From contig OY729431.1 of NCBI GenBank assembly GCA_963422395.1, positions 1,920,001-1,984,000 of the forward strand: a stretch of 64,000 nt of DNA. Reading direction: 5' to 3'. The stretch is from Vicinamibacteria bacterium (GTDB lineage: Bacteria; Acidobacteriota; Vicinamibacteria; Marinacidobacterales; Marinacidobacteraceae). Below the pieces are notes generated by a model. It was not told the DNA's origin and did no database searches. It worked only from the letters and a program-made list of their open reading frames with translations. Both the position numbers and the translations under genes were made by a program. Below are positions 1 to 10,281 of the stretch, piece by piece. The first letter of the stretch is position 1. Every line of letters starts with the position of its first letter.

Positions 1-1795
1 CGCAGCCGAGCTCGGCCGCCGCCTGGACCGCGTTCACGCAGCACCAGTCGAACTCCACCGAGGACCCGATCCGATAGACGCCCGAGCCGATCACCAGGAT
101 GCGGCGCCGACCCTTCCCGGCGCGGCGGCCCACGGCTTCGTCGCGGCTCGCGTGGTAGGTGGAATACAGATAGTTCGTCTCTGCCGGGAACTCCGCCGCC
201 AGCGTGTCGATGCGGGCGATCGAGGGTCCGATTCCCGCCGCCTGCCGCGCCTCCCGGACCCGGCCGCGGGGCTGGCCGGTCAACGCCTCGAGCGCCTCGT
301 CCGAAAAACCCTGCCGCTTCGCTTCGAGGAGCCGCGCCTCCGGGATCGGCCAGCCGCCGCGCTCCACCTCGGCCTCGGTGCGCATCGTCTCCGCGACCCC
401 GCCGAGAAACCAGGGGTCGATCCGGGTCAGGCGGTGGATCCGGGCCACCTCCTCCCCTACCCGCCCCTCGTCCACCGCGCGCCGGAGCGCCTGAGCGAGC
501 GCGAACACCCGTCGGGGGGTGGCGTTTCGCAGTTCGTCCTCGAGGTCGTCGAAGGAAAAGGCCCGGGACTCGAGGCCGCGGATCCCGATGTCGAGCATCC
601 GGAGCGCCTTTTGGAGCACTTCGGGGAAGGTCCGGCCGATGGCCATCACTTCTCCGACGCTCTTCATCTCGCTGCCGATGCGGGTTCCAGCCTCCTGGAA
701 CTTGCCGAGATCCCAGCGCGGGGCCTTCAGCACGAGGTAGTCGAGCGCCGGTTCGAAAAACGCCTTGGTGACCCCGGTGATCGCGTTGTCGAGTTCGGGG
801 AGGGTGAAGCCGAGCCCGAGCTTGGCTGCCACATAGGCGAGGGGATACCCGGTCGCCTTGCTGGCGAGTGCCGAGGAGCGAGAGAGCCGGGCGTTCACCT
901 CGATGACCCGGTATTCGGGCCGGGAGGGGCTGAGCGCGAACTGCACATTGCATTCGCCGACGATCCCCAGATGCTGGATCGTGCGGATGGAGACCGTCCG
1001 GAGCAGCTGGTATTCCTCGTCGTCGAGCGTCTGCGAGGGCGCCACCACGATGGATTCGCCGGTGTGGATCCCCATGGGGTCCATGTTTTCCATGTTGCAG
1101 ACGGTGATGCAGTCGTTCGCCCGGTCGCGGACCACCTCGTACTCGATCTCTTTCCAGCCCCGCAGCGATTCCTCCACGAGGACCTGCGCGCCCTCCGCGT
1201 CGTGGGCACCGAAGATCCGGGTCAGGGCGGCGTCGAGCTCCGCTTCGGTCTCGACGATGGCGCTGCCGCGTCCGCCGAGGGCGAAGCCGACCCGGAGCAT
1301 GAGCGGCAGACCGATCGCGGAAGCCGCTTCGAGCGCCGCTTCCCGGCTCCGACAGGCGGTACTCTTCGCGGTGCGGACCCCGATCTCGGCCAGCCGGGCG
1401 TTGAATCGTCCGCGGTCCTCGGTATCCCGGATACTGCGCAAGGGGGTGCCGAGCACTTCGATCCCGGCTTCCTCGAACCACGCTTCGAGCGCCAGTCCGC
1501 AGTTGAGCGCGGTCTGGCCGCCGAACGAGAGTAGGACGCCCTCCACCTCTTCGTCCGCAGCGATCTGCCGCACGAGATCCGGAGTGACCGCGTTCAGATA
1601 GAGCCGGTCTGCCATCCCCTCGCTGGTCTGGACAGTGGCGATGTTGGGGTTCACCAGGACGGTGCGGACTCCCTCCTCGCGGAGCGCCTTGATCGCCTGG
1701 GACCCCGAGTAGTCGAACTCTCCGGCCTGCCCGATCTGGAGCGCTCCCGAACCGAGGACGATCACCGAACCCGGCCGTGCAGACGCCCCGCTCAT
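1..1795 (-). CDS. carB: carbamoyl-phosphate synthase large subunit (5' part, runs off window start)
   Basis: Read manually from ATG at 1795, which overlaps the carA stop (ATGA): MSGASARPGSVIVLGSGALQIGQAGEFDYSGSQAIKAL ... NARLSRSSALASKATGYPLAY ... GSSVEFDWC, all in one frame. Confidence 0.97.
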   Translation of the reverse strand, partial: MSGASARPGSVIVLGSGALQIGQAGEFDYSGSQAIKALREEGVRTVLVNPNIATVQTSEGMADRLYLNAVTPDLVRQIAADEEVEGVLLSFGGQTALNCGLALEAWFEEAGIEVLGTPLRSIRDTEDRGRFNARLAEIGVRTAKSTACRSREAALEAASAIGLPLMLRVGFALGGRGSAIVETEAELDAALTRIFGAHDAEGAQVLVEESLRGWKEIEYEVVRDRANDCITVCNMENMDPMGIHTGESIVVAPSQTLDDEEYQLLRTVSIRTIQHLGIVGECNVQFALSPSRPEYRVIEVNARLSRSSALASKATGYPLAYVAAKLGLGFTLPELDNAITGVTKAFFEPALDYLVLKAPRWDLGKFQEAGTRIGSEMKSVGEVMAIGRTFPEVLQKALRMLDIGIRGLESRAFSFDDLEDELRNATPRRVFALAQALRRAVDEGRVGEEVARIHRLTRIDPWFLGGVAETMRTEAEVERGGWPIPEARLLEAKRQGFSDEALEALTGQPRGRVREARQAAGIGPSIARIDTLAAEFPAETNYLYSTYHASRDEAVGRRAGKGRRRILVIGSGVYRIGSSVEFDWCCVNAVQAAAELGC

Positions 1796-2946
1796 CGCCG
1801 CCGGCACTCCTCCAGGAACTCGTCGAAGAGAAACCCGGTGTCCTCGGGCCCGGGATGCGCCTCGGGGTGGAACTGAATGCTCCGGAACGGCCGTTCGAGC
1901 GAGCGGATCCCCTCGTTCGTGCCGTCGTTGAGGTTTTGGAACCACGGCGCCCAGCCTTCGGGAAGACGCGCCTCGTCCACCGCATAGCCGTGGTTCTGGC
2001 TGGTGATGAACGAGCGCCCGCTTACGAGGTCGCGCACCGGCTGGTTCACCCCGCGGTGCCCGTAGGGCAGCTTGAAGGTCGCCGCGCCCGCAGCCAGCGC
2101 GAGGAGCTGATTGCCCAGGCACACACCGAAGACGGGTCCTTCGAACCACCCCAGGACCCCCCGCAGTTCGGCGGCGAGCTCTCCGAGATCCCCGGGATTC
2201 CCGGGACCGTTGCCGAGCACGATGCCGGCTGCGGTCCGCGCCGCTCTCGCGAACGGCCGGAGCCCGGAAACGCGGCGGACCCGCGCGCCCCGGGAAACCA
2301 GCGAGCGGACGATGTTGTCCTTGGCGCCCACATCCACGAGGAGCACCTCGGGGCCGTCCTCAGGGCCGTAGCAGACCGCCGTTTTCGGCACGACCCGTTC
2401 GAAGACCTCGCGGCGCATCTCGACGCCCTCGGCGCGCTCGAACGCTTCCTCGAAACCCGAACCGGCAGAGGAATCGAGAGCGGCAGGGGAGAGCACCCCG
2501 CGCATCGTTCCCGCTTCCCGAAGCCGCATCGTCAGCATCCGGGTATCCACTCCCTCCACCGCCGGGACCCCCTCGGCCCGGAGCCAGTCTCCGAGCGAAC
2601 GAACTCCAGCGTGATGGCTGAACCGCGGCTCGTGCCGCTGCACCACGAGTCCCTGCACCTGGATGCAGCCCGACTCGAAGGGTCCGGAGATCGAACCCTC
2701 GGGGCGGTCCGGAGGAACTCCGTAGTTACCCTGGAGCGGATAGGTCAGGACCAGGAGCTGCCCGCGGTAGGAAGGATCGGTCAGCGCCTCCACATACCCC
2801 GACATCCCGGTGTTGAAAACCACTTCACCCCGGACTGCGAGGCCGCCGGCAGCTCCGAAAGAACGGCCCGGGAATTCGCTCCCGTCCTCTAGGCGAAGTG
2901 TCATCCCGCCGCCGCCAGCGGGCAGAGTTTCCGGTTCCGAACGCAA
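1792..2946 (-). CDS. carA: carbamoyl-phosphate synthase small subunit (alternative start ATG at 2904)
   Basis: GEVVFNTGM, LTDPSY, GVCLGNQ, TSQNHGYAVD and QFHPE motifs. Confidence 0.97.
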   Translation of the reverse strand: MRSEPETLPAGGGGMTLRLEDGSEFPGRSFGAAGGLAVRGEVVFNTGMSGYVEALTDPSYRGQLLVLTYPLQGNYGVPPDRPEGSISGPFESGCIQVQGLVVQRHEPRFSHHAGVRSLGDWLRAEGVPAVEGVDTRMLTMRLREAGTMRGVLSPAALDSSAGSGFEEAFERAEGVEMRREVFERVVPKTAVCYGPEDGPEVLLVDVGAKDNIVRSLVSRGARVRRVSGLRPFARAARTAAGIVLGNGPGNPGDLGELAAELRGVLGWFEGPVFGVCLGNQLLALAAGAATFKLPYGHRGVNQPVRDLVSGRSFITSQNHGYAVDEARLPEGWAPWFQNLNDGTNEGIRSLERPFRSIQFHPEAHPGPEDTGFLFDEFLEECRRR

Positions 2947-2972
2947 AACCGAACGGAAATCCTAGCAGCTGA

Positions 2973-3966
2973 GCGGTTCGGGGGCGGGGCGGAATGCCAG
3001 GTTCAGGTTGCACCTCGTAACCCCTCGGGACGAGCGGGATGCCCCGCCCCCGAACCGCCCGGCGCTCCGCGCCGCGAATCGCACTCCTGTCGCTCAGAAC
3101 CAGTCCCCCAGACTCGATCCGCGGTCAGACCGGATCGGGCGGCAGCGAGTCCGATTCGAAATCACCATGCTGTGAACGGGGGTGAACCCCCTTTCACACT
3201 TTCCCCCGCTGCGACGCTCCCGAAGCACCGCTTCGGTCGCAACCGGTGTTTTCCCGGCCGCGGGCGAGGCTCGCAGCTCTCTCGGGCGGGGCGGAATGCC
3301 AGGTTCAGGTTGCACCTCGTAACCCCGTGGGACGAGCGGGATGCCCCGCCCCCGAACCGCCCGGCGCTCCGCGCCGCGAATCGCACTCCTGCCGCTCAGA
3401 ACCAGTCCCCCAGACTCGATCCGCGGTCAGACCGGATCAGGCGGCAGCGAGTCCGATTCGAAATCACCATCCTGTGAACGGGGGTGAACCCCCTTTCACA
3501 CTTTCCCCCGCTGCGACGCGCCCGAAGCTCCGCTTCGGGCGCAACCGGTGTTTTCCCCGGCCGCGGCGAGGCTCGCAGCTCTCTCGGGCGGGGCGAATCC
3601 CAAGTTCAGGTTGCGCCTCGCAACCCCGTGGGACCAGCGAGACGCCCCGCCCCCGAACCGCCCGGCGCTCCGCGCCGCGAATCGCACTCCTGCCGCTCAG
3701 AACCAGTCCCCCAGACTCGATCCGCGGTCAGACCGGATCAGGCGGCAGCGAGTCCGATTCGAAATCACCATCCTGTGAACGGGGGTGAAACCCCTTTCAC
3801 ACTTTCCCCCACTGCGACGCTCCCGAAGCACCGCTTCGGTCGCAACCGGTGTTTTCCCCGGCCGCGGCGAGGCTCGCAGCTCTCTCGGGCGGGGCGAATC
3901 CCAAGTTCAGGTTGCGCCTCGCAACCCCGTGGGACCAGCGAGACGCCCCGCCCCCGAACCGCCCGG
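2973..3966. repeat. tandem array of about 3.3 copies of a 301-302 bp hairpin-rich unit, bounded by 18-bp inverted repeats
   Basis: GTTCAGGTTGC recurs at 3001, 3303, 3604 and 3905. GCGGTTCGGGGGCGGGGC (2973-2990) is the reverse complement of 3041-3058 and 3945-3962. Confidence 0.95.
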
Positions 3967-3988
3967 TCCCCAATGCCTGTTCGAGTTG

Positions 3989-4018
3989 TTGACAACCGGT
4001 CGGACGCCGGCTTAGTAT
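3989..4018 (+). promoter_or_regulatory. sigma70-type promoter of rpsA
   Basis: TTGACA-18 bp-TAGTAT upstream of rpsA. Confidence 0.6.
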
Positions 4019-4168
4019 CTGTCGCTTCCCCGCGGCGTTCGCATACGGCTCTTCGGCCCGATGGGGCAGCCGAGCGGGGCAGAGGGGTGTGTCGAGGGTG
4101 GTGGCCGGGTTGGCCGCTCCCACTTCCCCCGCGTAGAGCGAGGTTTTCCCAAGTTCATGAGAGAGGGT

Positions 4169-6040
4169 ATGCCCGAAACCGATGATGGAGTGGCCGTAGC
4201 CACGGCCGAGAATGATCTTCCCGCAAAGATGCTGGGGGTGGCGCTCACAGAGGAAGGAGCAGAAGAAGAAGCCCTCGCCGGACGATCTTCCGGCGAGGGT
4301 GCCCCGGAGGTCGGGGACAGCGCCTCGGCCATGGGCGGGGACGGCGACGGTGACTCCCTCCCCATGACTGCCGCTGCCGCTGAGGACGGCAACGGGACGG
4401 CCGATGCAGCCGCCGAGGACGCAGCCGAGTTCGAGGCTTTTCTCGATCGGGACGACATCCAGCTCGTCGAGGGCGACATCGTGCCCGGCTCCGTCTTGCA
4501 GATGATCGGTTCCGATGTGATCGTCGATGTCGGCTACAAGTCCGAGGGGATCCTCTCGGTGGACGAGTTCCGGGATGTGGACGGAAATGTCCGGGTGCGC
4601 GAGGGCGACGAGATCGATGTCCTGGTACAGCGCATCGACAACCGTCGCGGCCATCTGGTGCTGTCTCACCGCAAGGCAGAGAAGATGAAGGTCTGGAACC
4701 AGATCGAGGATGCCTTCGAGAGTCAGACCACGGTGCGCGGAAGAGTGGTGGAGCGGATCCGCGGCGGCCTCGAAGTGGAGATCGGCGAGATCGGCGTCCG
4801 CGGTTTCCTGCCCGGCTCGCAGGTGGACCTGCGCCCGGTGCGCAACCTCGGAAGCTACAAGGGCCGGGAGCTCGACCTGCGGGTCATCAAGCTGAACAAA
4901 CGCCGAGGAAACATCGTGCTGTCACGGCGGGTGGTGCTCGAGGAAGAGAAGACGAAGACCCTCGCGGCACTCGAGGTCAACCGGGTGTTCCGCGGTGAAG
5001 TGCGCGACCTGACCGAGTACGGAGCCTTCGTGGATATCGGCGGAATCTGCGGCCTCCTCCATATCCGCGAGATGTCCTTCCGGCGGCTCGAACACCCCTC
5101 CGAACTGATGAAGGTAGGGGACCAGATCGAAGTGGTCATCCTCCGCTTCGACGCCGAAGCCGAGCGGGTCTCCCTCGGGTACAAGCAGCTGAACGCGGAC
5201 CCCTGGTCCACCGCGCATGAGCGTTACACGGTCGGGACGCGGGTTCGCGGCAGGGTGGTCAGCCTCACCGACTACGGCGCCTTCATCGAGATGGAACCGG
5301 GAGTCGAGGGGCTCATCCATGTGAGCGAGATGAGCTGGAGTAGCCGGACGAAACACCCATCCAAGATCCTCACCAAAGGGGATTTCGTGGAGGCCATGGT
5401 GCTTCGGGTGGACTTCAAGGCGCGCCGCATCAGTCTCGGACTCAAGCAAGTCGAGCCGAATCCCTGGCCGAGGCTGGCCGAGCATTACCCGATCGGCTCG
5501 CGCTTGAAGGGGACAGTCCGCAAATTCACCGACTTCGGCGCCTTCATCGAAGTGGACAACTCGATCGACGGTCTCATCCATATTTCCGATCTGAGCTGGA
5601 ACAAGCGGATCAACCATCCGTCGGATGTCCTCGAACTGGCGCAGGAAGTAGAGGCCGTGGTCCTCAGCATCGATCCCGAAAACCGGCGCCTCTCGCTCGG
5701 TCTGAAACAGCTCTCGGACGACGCTTGGGAGGGCTTCTTCACCCGGCACCAGGAGGGAGACCTCGTGGACGGCACCGTGATCCGCTTTGCGGACTTCGGC
5801 GCCTTCGTCCAGATCGAAGAGGGGATCGAGGGGCTGCTCCGACTGAACGACATCGCCGAACCCCCTCCGGCGAAGGTCGAGGACCAACTGCAGCTCGGGC
5901 AGCCGCTCAAGCTCCGCATCGTGCGGCTCAGCCGGGACGATCGGAAGGTGGGGCTGTCGCTCAAGGCAGCCGGAGATTCCTTCCAGGGGAGCTCTGGCTC
6001 CGAAGCCTCGGTGAAAATCGGAGATATCTGGAAGCGGTGA
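4169..6040 (+). CDS. rpsA: 30S ribosomal protein S1 with acidic N-terminal extension
   Basis: Repeated S1 domains (VDVGYKSEG, DYGAFIE, GLIHVSEMSW, DFGAF). ATG at 4169 follows GAGAGAGGGT. Confidence 0.95.
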   Translation: MPETDDGVAVATAENDLPAKMLGVALTEEGAEEEALAGRSSGEGAPEVGDSASAMGGDGDGDSLPMTAAAAEDGNGTADAAAEDAAEFEAFLDRDDIQLVEGDIVPGSVLQMIGSDVIVDVGYKSEGILSVDEFRDVDGNVRVREGDEIDVLVQRIDNRRGHLVLSHRKAEKMKVWNQIEDAFESQTTVRGRVVERIRGGLEVEIGEIGVRGFLPGSQVDLRPVRNLGSYKGRELDLRVIKLNKRRGNIVLSRRVVLEEEKTKTLAALEVNRVFRGEVRDLTEYGAFVDIGGICGLLHIREMSFRRLEHPSELMKVGDQIEVVILRFDAEAERVSLGYKQLNADPWSTAHERYTVGTRVRGRVVSLTDYGAFIEMEPGVEGLIHVSEMSWSSRTKHPSKILTKGDFVEAMVLRVDFKARRISLGLKQVEPNPWPRLAEHYPIGSRLKGTVRKFTDFGAFIEVDNSIDGLIHISDLSWNKRINHPSDVLELAQEVEAVVLSIDPENRRLSLGLKQLSDDAWEGFFTRHQEGDLVDGTVIRFADFGAFVQIEEGIEGLLRLNDIAEPPPAKVEDQLQLGQPLKLRIVRLSRDDRKVGLSLKAAGDSFQGSSGSEASVKIGDIWKR

Positions 6041-6411
6041 GCAAAGCGGCGATGACCCGGGCCGGGCTCGCCGAGCAGGTCTCCCGGGCTTCCGGGGTCA
6101 CCGGACGGGAAGCCAGCATCATCATCGACACGGTGTTCGAAGCCATCTCCGGCGCGCTTCGTTCGGGGGAGGAAGTCGAAATCCGAGGATTCGGCAGTTT
6201 CCGGTTGCGCGACCGGAGAGCGCGCCGCACCCGCAACCCGAGAACCGGCGAATCGATCCTGATCCCCCCCAAGCGGGTCGCCTTCTTTCGTGCCGGCAGG
6301 TTGCTGCGCGAACGCCTCGACCGGGCCGACCAGGAGGCCTCGCCGGCAGACCCGGACGAGCACCGCGCCGCCCGGGACGGCGGCGGTGAAACGCCGACGA
6401 CCGACGGGTAG
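6037..6411 (+). CDS. ihfB: integration host factor beta / HU family DNA-binding protein
   Basis: MTRAGLAEQVS...VEIRGFGSFRLR...RNPRTGE. GTG overlaps the rpsA stop, matching rpsA-ihfB synteny. Confidence 0.85.
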   Translation: MSKAAMTRAGLAEQVSRASGVTGREASIIIDTVFEAISGALRSGEEVEIRGFGSFRLRDRRARRTRNPRTGESILIPPKRVAFFRAGRLLRERLDRADQEASPADPDEHRAARDGGGETPTTDG

Positions 6412-6452
6412 CAGTCCGTTTCCGCAGTCACACGGCAGCCGACCGGCGATGC
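6409..6452 (+). mobile_element. single end of the dispersed MITE-like repeat, starting at the ihfB TAG
   Basis: TAGCAGTCCGTTTCCGCAGTCACACGGCAGCCGACCGGCGATGC matches the element ends at 31272 and 12102-12125. Confidence 0.65.
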
Positions 6453-6516
6453 ATCTCGGCGCAGCCGGTTCGCCGCTGGCGGCGAGAGCCCGCGGACGCG
6501 CGCCGAAGGCGCGGCG

Positions 6517-9500
6517 ATGAGCTCCGCCGTGCCGGTAGCCGCCCCCGAACCGCTGCAGATTTCTCCAGCAGCGGCGCCGGCCGGCGGCGTCCCTCTGCGC
6601 TTCGTGACCGCGACGGCGCTCTTCGACGGGCACGACGCTTCCATCCATGTCTTCCGGCGGCTGCTCCAGCGGCTGGGCGCCGAGGTCGTGCATCTCGGCC
6701 ACAACCGGGCGGCGGCAGAGATCGCGGAGGCCGCGGCTTCCGAAGACGCGGATGCGGTCGCCGTCTCGTCGTATCAGGGAGGGCACAACGAGTTCTTCCG
6801 CTACCTGATGGATCTGCTTCGGGAGGCGGGAAGAGAGCACATCCAGGTGTTCGCCGGCGGCGGCGGCGTCATCCAGCCGGCGGAGGCGGCAGCGCTTCAG
6901 GACTACGGAGTGGCGCGGGTCTATTCCCCCGCTGACGGCCGGAATCTCGGCATCGAAGGGGTCGCCGCGGACATGCTCGAGACCGCCCGCCACGCTCGCC
7001 GACAGCGCCCTGCCGAAGCCTTCGCCGACCTGCTGGCGGCTCTTTCCGGCAACCCCGGAAAGAGAAACGGCGCCGTCGCCCGTCTCATCAGCCTCGCTGA
7101 ACGGGGTGGATTCTCCGACGACCGGCGGGCCCTGCTGAAGGAGCGCGCCGGCGCCCGGGCTCCGGTCCTCGGGGTCACCGGCACCGGAGGCGCCGGCAAG
7201 AGTTCGGTGCTCGACGAGCTATTGCTGCGTTTGTGCGCCGAACGACCGGACCTGGGGGCGGGGCCGGTTTCCCGAATCGGCGTCCTGATGGTGGACCCCA
7301 CGAAGCGGCGTACCGGCGGCGCCCTGCTCGGAGACCGGATCCGGCTGAACGCGATCGGCCACCCCGGAATCTTCATGAGAAGCCTCGCCACCCGGCGTTC
7401 GGGAAGCGAACTGGCGGCAGTGGTGGAGGACGCGATCCTGGTGCTCGCCGCATCGGGCTGCGGACTCGTCCTCGTGGAGACCGGCGGCATCGGTCAGGGA
7501 GATTCCCAGGTCGTGGATGTCAGCGACTTCTCCCTCTATGTGATGACCCCCGACTACGGGGCTGAGAGCCAGCTCGAGAAGATCGACATGCTCGATCTCG
7601 CCGATGCGGTGGCGGTGAACAAGGCGGATCATCCAGGAGCGGAAGACGCCCTCTTCGCGGTGCGGCGCGCATTCCGAAGGGCGCGTTCGTTGCCGCGCGG
7701 CGCAGAGGTTCCGGTGCTGCCGACGGTGGCGAGCCGTTTCGCCGACCCGGGAACCGACTGTCTGTACGCAGTGATCCGGAACGGTCTGTCCGGGGGACGA
7801 GGACCCGCCAGCGCCTCGCTTCCGAGGGGGACGCCTCCCGGCCCCGCGGGACTGATCCCACCGGCCCGGGTCGGGTATCTCGCGGAAATCGCAGAGGCGC
7901 TGCGGGCCGAACGGGAGCGGATCGCCGTCGAAGCAGAACGCGCCGGCCGAGCGGAGCAGCTGGAGGCGGCCGCCGCCGAACTCCGAACCGCCGGGACCTC
8001 CGAAGAAGCGCTGGCGGCCATCGAGAAGCATGCGGCCGCTGCCGAGCGGTCCCTCGACCCGGAGAGCCGGCGGCTGCTCGCCGAATGGCCGCAACTTGCG
8101 GATCGTTACCGGGCGCGCCTGTTCGTCATCTCGGTCCGGGAGCGAGAGCGCGAGGTGGTGACCCACCGGGAAACCCTGGCGGGCACCAAACTGCCGCGGG
8201 TCGCCTTACCCCGCTTTTCGAGCCGGCGGGACACCCTCCGATTCCTTCTCGAAGAGAACCTGCCCGGACGCTATCCGTTCACCGCCGGAGTCTTCCCGTT
8301 CCGTCGCGAGGAGGAGAGTCCGCGCCGCCAATTCGCCGGCGAGGGCGGCCCCGCGCGCACGAACCGCCGCTTCCGACTGCTCACCGCTGGCGAACCAGCG
8401 ACCCGGCTCTCCGTAGCCTTCGACAGCGTGACGCTCTACGGCGAGGACCCCGCCCGCCGGCCGGACATCTTCGGGAAGATCGGCGAAGGCGGAGTATCCA
8501 TCGCCACCCTCGAGGACATGTGCCAGTTGTTCGACGGATTCCGACTGGCCGACCCGGCAACCAGCGTTTCCATGACCATCAACGGACCCGCGCCGACGAT
8601 CCTGGCCATGTTTCTGAACGCGGCAGTGCGGCAGGAAAGCCGGGCGTTCGAGGAAGAGAACGGGAGGCCGCCGTCGCCCGCCGAGTTCGGGGAATTGAAG
8701 GCCCGGACGCTCAGAACCGTGCGGGGCACGGTGCAGGCGGACATCCTCAAAGAGGACCAGGCGCAGAACACCTGCATCTTCTCCACCGGGTTCGCACTCC
8801 GGCTGATGGGCGATGTACAGGAGTTCTTCCTTCGGAACGGCATCCGGAATTTCTATTCGGTGTCCATCTCCGGCTACCACATCGCCGAAGCGGGAGCCAA
8901 TCCGGTAACCCAGCTCGCGTTCACGCTGGCCAACGGATTCACCTATGTGGAGTATTTCCTCGCCCGGGGTCTCGCAGTGGACGACTTCGCTCCGAATCTC
9001 TCCTTCTTCTTCAGCAGTGGGCTTGATCCGGAATACGCGGTGATGGCGCGAGTCGCCCGCCGCATCTGGGCCCGCGCGATGAAGCTCCGCTACGGCGCCG
9101 GAGAGCGCAGCCAGAAGTTCAAGGTCCACATCCAGACTTCGGGGCGCTCCCTCCATGCCCAGGAAGTCCAGTTCAACGACATCCGCACCACCTTGCAGGC
9201 GCTCACCGCCACGAACGACCATTGCAACTCGCTCCACACGAATGCCTACGACGAGGCGATCACCACCCCGACCCTGGAGTCGGTGCGGCGAGCGGTGGCT
9301 ATCCAGAAGATCATCCGTCAGGAATTCGGCGCCGCCTGGAACGAAAATCCGCTGTCGGGTTCCTTCATCGCCGCCGAGCTCACCAACCGGGTCGAGAAAG
9401 CCGTGCTCGCCGAGTTCGACCGCATCCACGCCCGCGGCGGGGTCATCGCAGCGATGGAGCGGCAGTACCAGCGGCACCGGATCCAGGAGGAGTCGCTCCT

Positions 9501-9822
9501 CTACGAAACGAAGAAGAATGCCGGAGAGATCCAGATCATCGGAGTGAACACCTTCCGGCCCGAACCGGCCTCCGGAGCTCCGGAGCGGGTTCCGCTCGCC
9601 CGAGCCGACGACGAGGAGAAAGAAGCACAGGTGCAGCGCGTCGAGGCCTTCAGGGAACGCCACCGAGAAGCCGCCGGCCCGGCACTCGGCCGCCTGCAGA
9701 CGGCCGCCCGTTCAGGCGGCAATGTGTTCGCGGAACTGATGGAGACGGTACAGGTCGCGAGCCTCGGCCAGATCACCGGAGCCCTCTACGAAGTGGGCGG
9801 ACGCTACCGCCGCTCGCTGTGA
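6517..9822 (+). CDS. icmF: fused isobutyryl-CoA mutase / MeaI GTPase
   Basis: N-terminal B12 domain FDGHD, GTPase GTGGAGKS and ETGGIGQ, mutase barrel RQFAGEG and [21 protein letters not shown]. Confidence 0.95.
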   Translation: MSSAVPVAAPEPLQISPAAAPAGGVPLRFVTATALFDGHDASIHVFRRLLQRLGAEVVHLGHNRAAAEIAEAAASEDADAVAVSSYQGGHNEFFRYLMDLLREAGREHIQVFAGGGGVIQPAEAAALQDYGVARVYSPADGRNLGIEGVAADMLETARHARRQRPAEAFADLLAALSGNPGKRNGAVARLISLAERGGFSDDRRALLKERAGARAPVLGVTGTGGAGKSSVLDELLLRLCAERPDLGAGPVSRIGVLMVDPTKRRTGGALLGDRIRLNAIGHPGIFMRSLATRRSGSELAAVVEDAILVLAASGCGLVLVETGGIGQGDSQVVDVSDFSLYVMTPDYGAESQLEKIDMLDLADAVAVNKADHPGAEDALFAVRRAFRRARSLPRGAEVPVLPTVASRFADPGTDCLYAVIRNGLSGGRGPASASLPRGTPPGPAGLIPPARVGYLAEIAEALRAERERIAVEAERAGRAEQLEAAAAELRTAGTSEEALAAIEKHAAAAERSLDPESRRLLAEWPQLADRYRARLFVISVREREREVVTHRETLAGTKLPRVALPRFSSRRDTLRFLLEENLPGRYPFTAGVFPFRREEESPRRQFAGEGGPARTNRRFRLLTAGEPATRLSVAFDSVTLYGEDPARRPDIFGKIGEGGVSIATLEDMCQLFDGFRLADPATSVSMTINGPAPTILAMFLNAAVRQESRAFEEENGRPPSPAEFGELKARTLRTVRGTVQADILKEDQAQNTCIFSTGFALRLMGDVQEFFLRNGIRNFYSVSISGYHIAEAGANPVTQLAFTLANGFTYVEYFLARGLAVDDFAPNLSFFFSSGLDPEYAVMARVARRIWARAMKLRYGAGERSQKFKVHIQTSGRSLHAQEVQFNDIRTTLQALTATNDHCNSLHTNAYDEAITTPTLESVRRAVAIQKIIRQEFGAAWNENPLSGSFIAAELTNRVEKAVLAEFDRIHARGGVIAAMERQYQRHRIQEESLLYETKKNAGEIQIIGVNTFRPEPASGAPERVPLARADDEEKEAQVQRVEAFRERHREAAGPALGRLQTAARSGGNVFAELMETVQVASLGQITGALYEVGGRYRRSL

Positions 9823-10277
9823 AGGACTTTCCCGGGCGCACCGCGCCCCAAGAGCCGCCGTACCGTGTGCTCGTCGCCAAACCGGGCCTCGACGGGCACG
9901 ACCGTGGAGCGCTCGTGGTGGCGCGCGCCCTGCGGGACGCGGGCTTCGAAGTCATCTACACCGGATTGCGGAGAACTCCGGAAGAAATCGTCGAGGCTGC
10001 CCTTCAGGAGGATGTGGAGGCCGTGGGGGTCTCGATCCTCTCGGGGGCGCACCTGCCCCTCGTTCGCCGCATCCTGACCGGCATGTCGCAGCGGGGACTC
10101 GCACAGGTTCCCGTATTCCTGGGCGGACTCATTCCGGAACGGGATCTCACCGAGCTCCGCTCCCTGGGGGTGGCTGGGATCTTCGGACCCGATACTCCGA
10201 CCTCCGATGCCGTAAGCGCGCTCCGAGCGCGCCTCGCCGCCCGGCGCGGAAAGCGCGGCGCCGCCTCCTCCGGATAG
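9819..10277 (+). CDS. cobalamin-binding domain protein (acyl-CoA mutase small subunit)
   Basis: [12 protein letters not shown]...[12 protein letters not shown]...[13 protein letters not shown] overlaps the icmF stop. Confidence 0.92.
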   Translation: MKDFPGRTAPQEPPYRVLVAKPGLDGHDRGALVVARALRDAGFEVIYTGLRRTPEEIVEAALQEDVEAVGVSILSGAHLPLVRRILTGMSQRGLAQVPVFLGGLIPERDLTELRSLGVAGIFGPDTPTSDAVSALRARLAARRGKRGAASSG

Positions 10278-10281
10278 GCTG

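Noticed and set aside
152-1534. Long antisense or alternative-frame ORFs (also 21561-23735, 26377-28683, 50930-52711, 59013-60947 and others)
   Set aside because: Shadow ORFs of well-supported genes, with Arg/Pro/Gly-rich composition and no motifs
2973-3966. CRISPR array or repeat-protein gene
   Set aside because: Units are ~301 bp with conserved linkers and no unique spacers, no cas genes are present, and the period shifts frame so the ORFs are inconsistent
6412-6516. Cobalamin riboswitch upstream of icmF
   Set aside because: The gap is only ~105 bp, no B12-box is recognisable, and the first half is a MITE end
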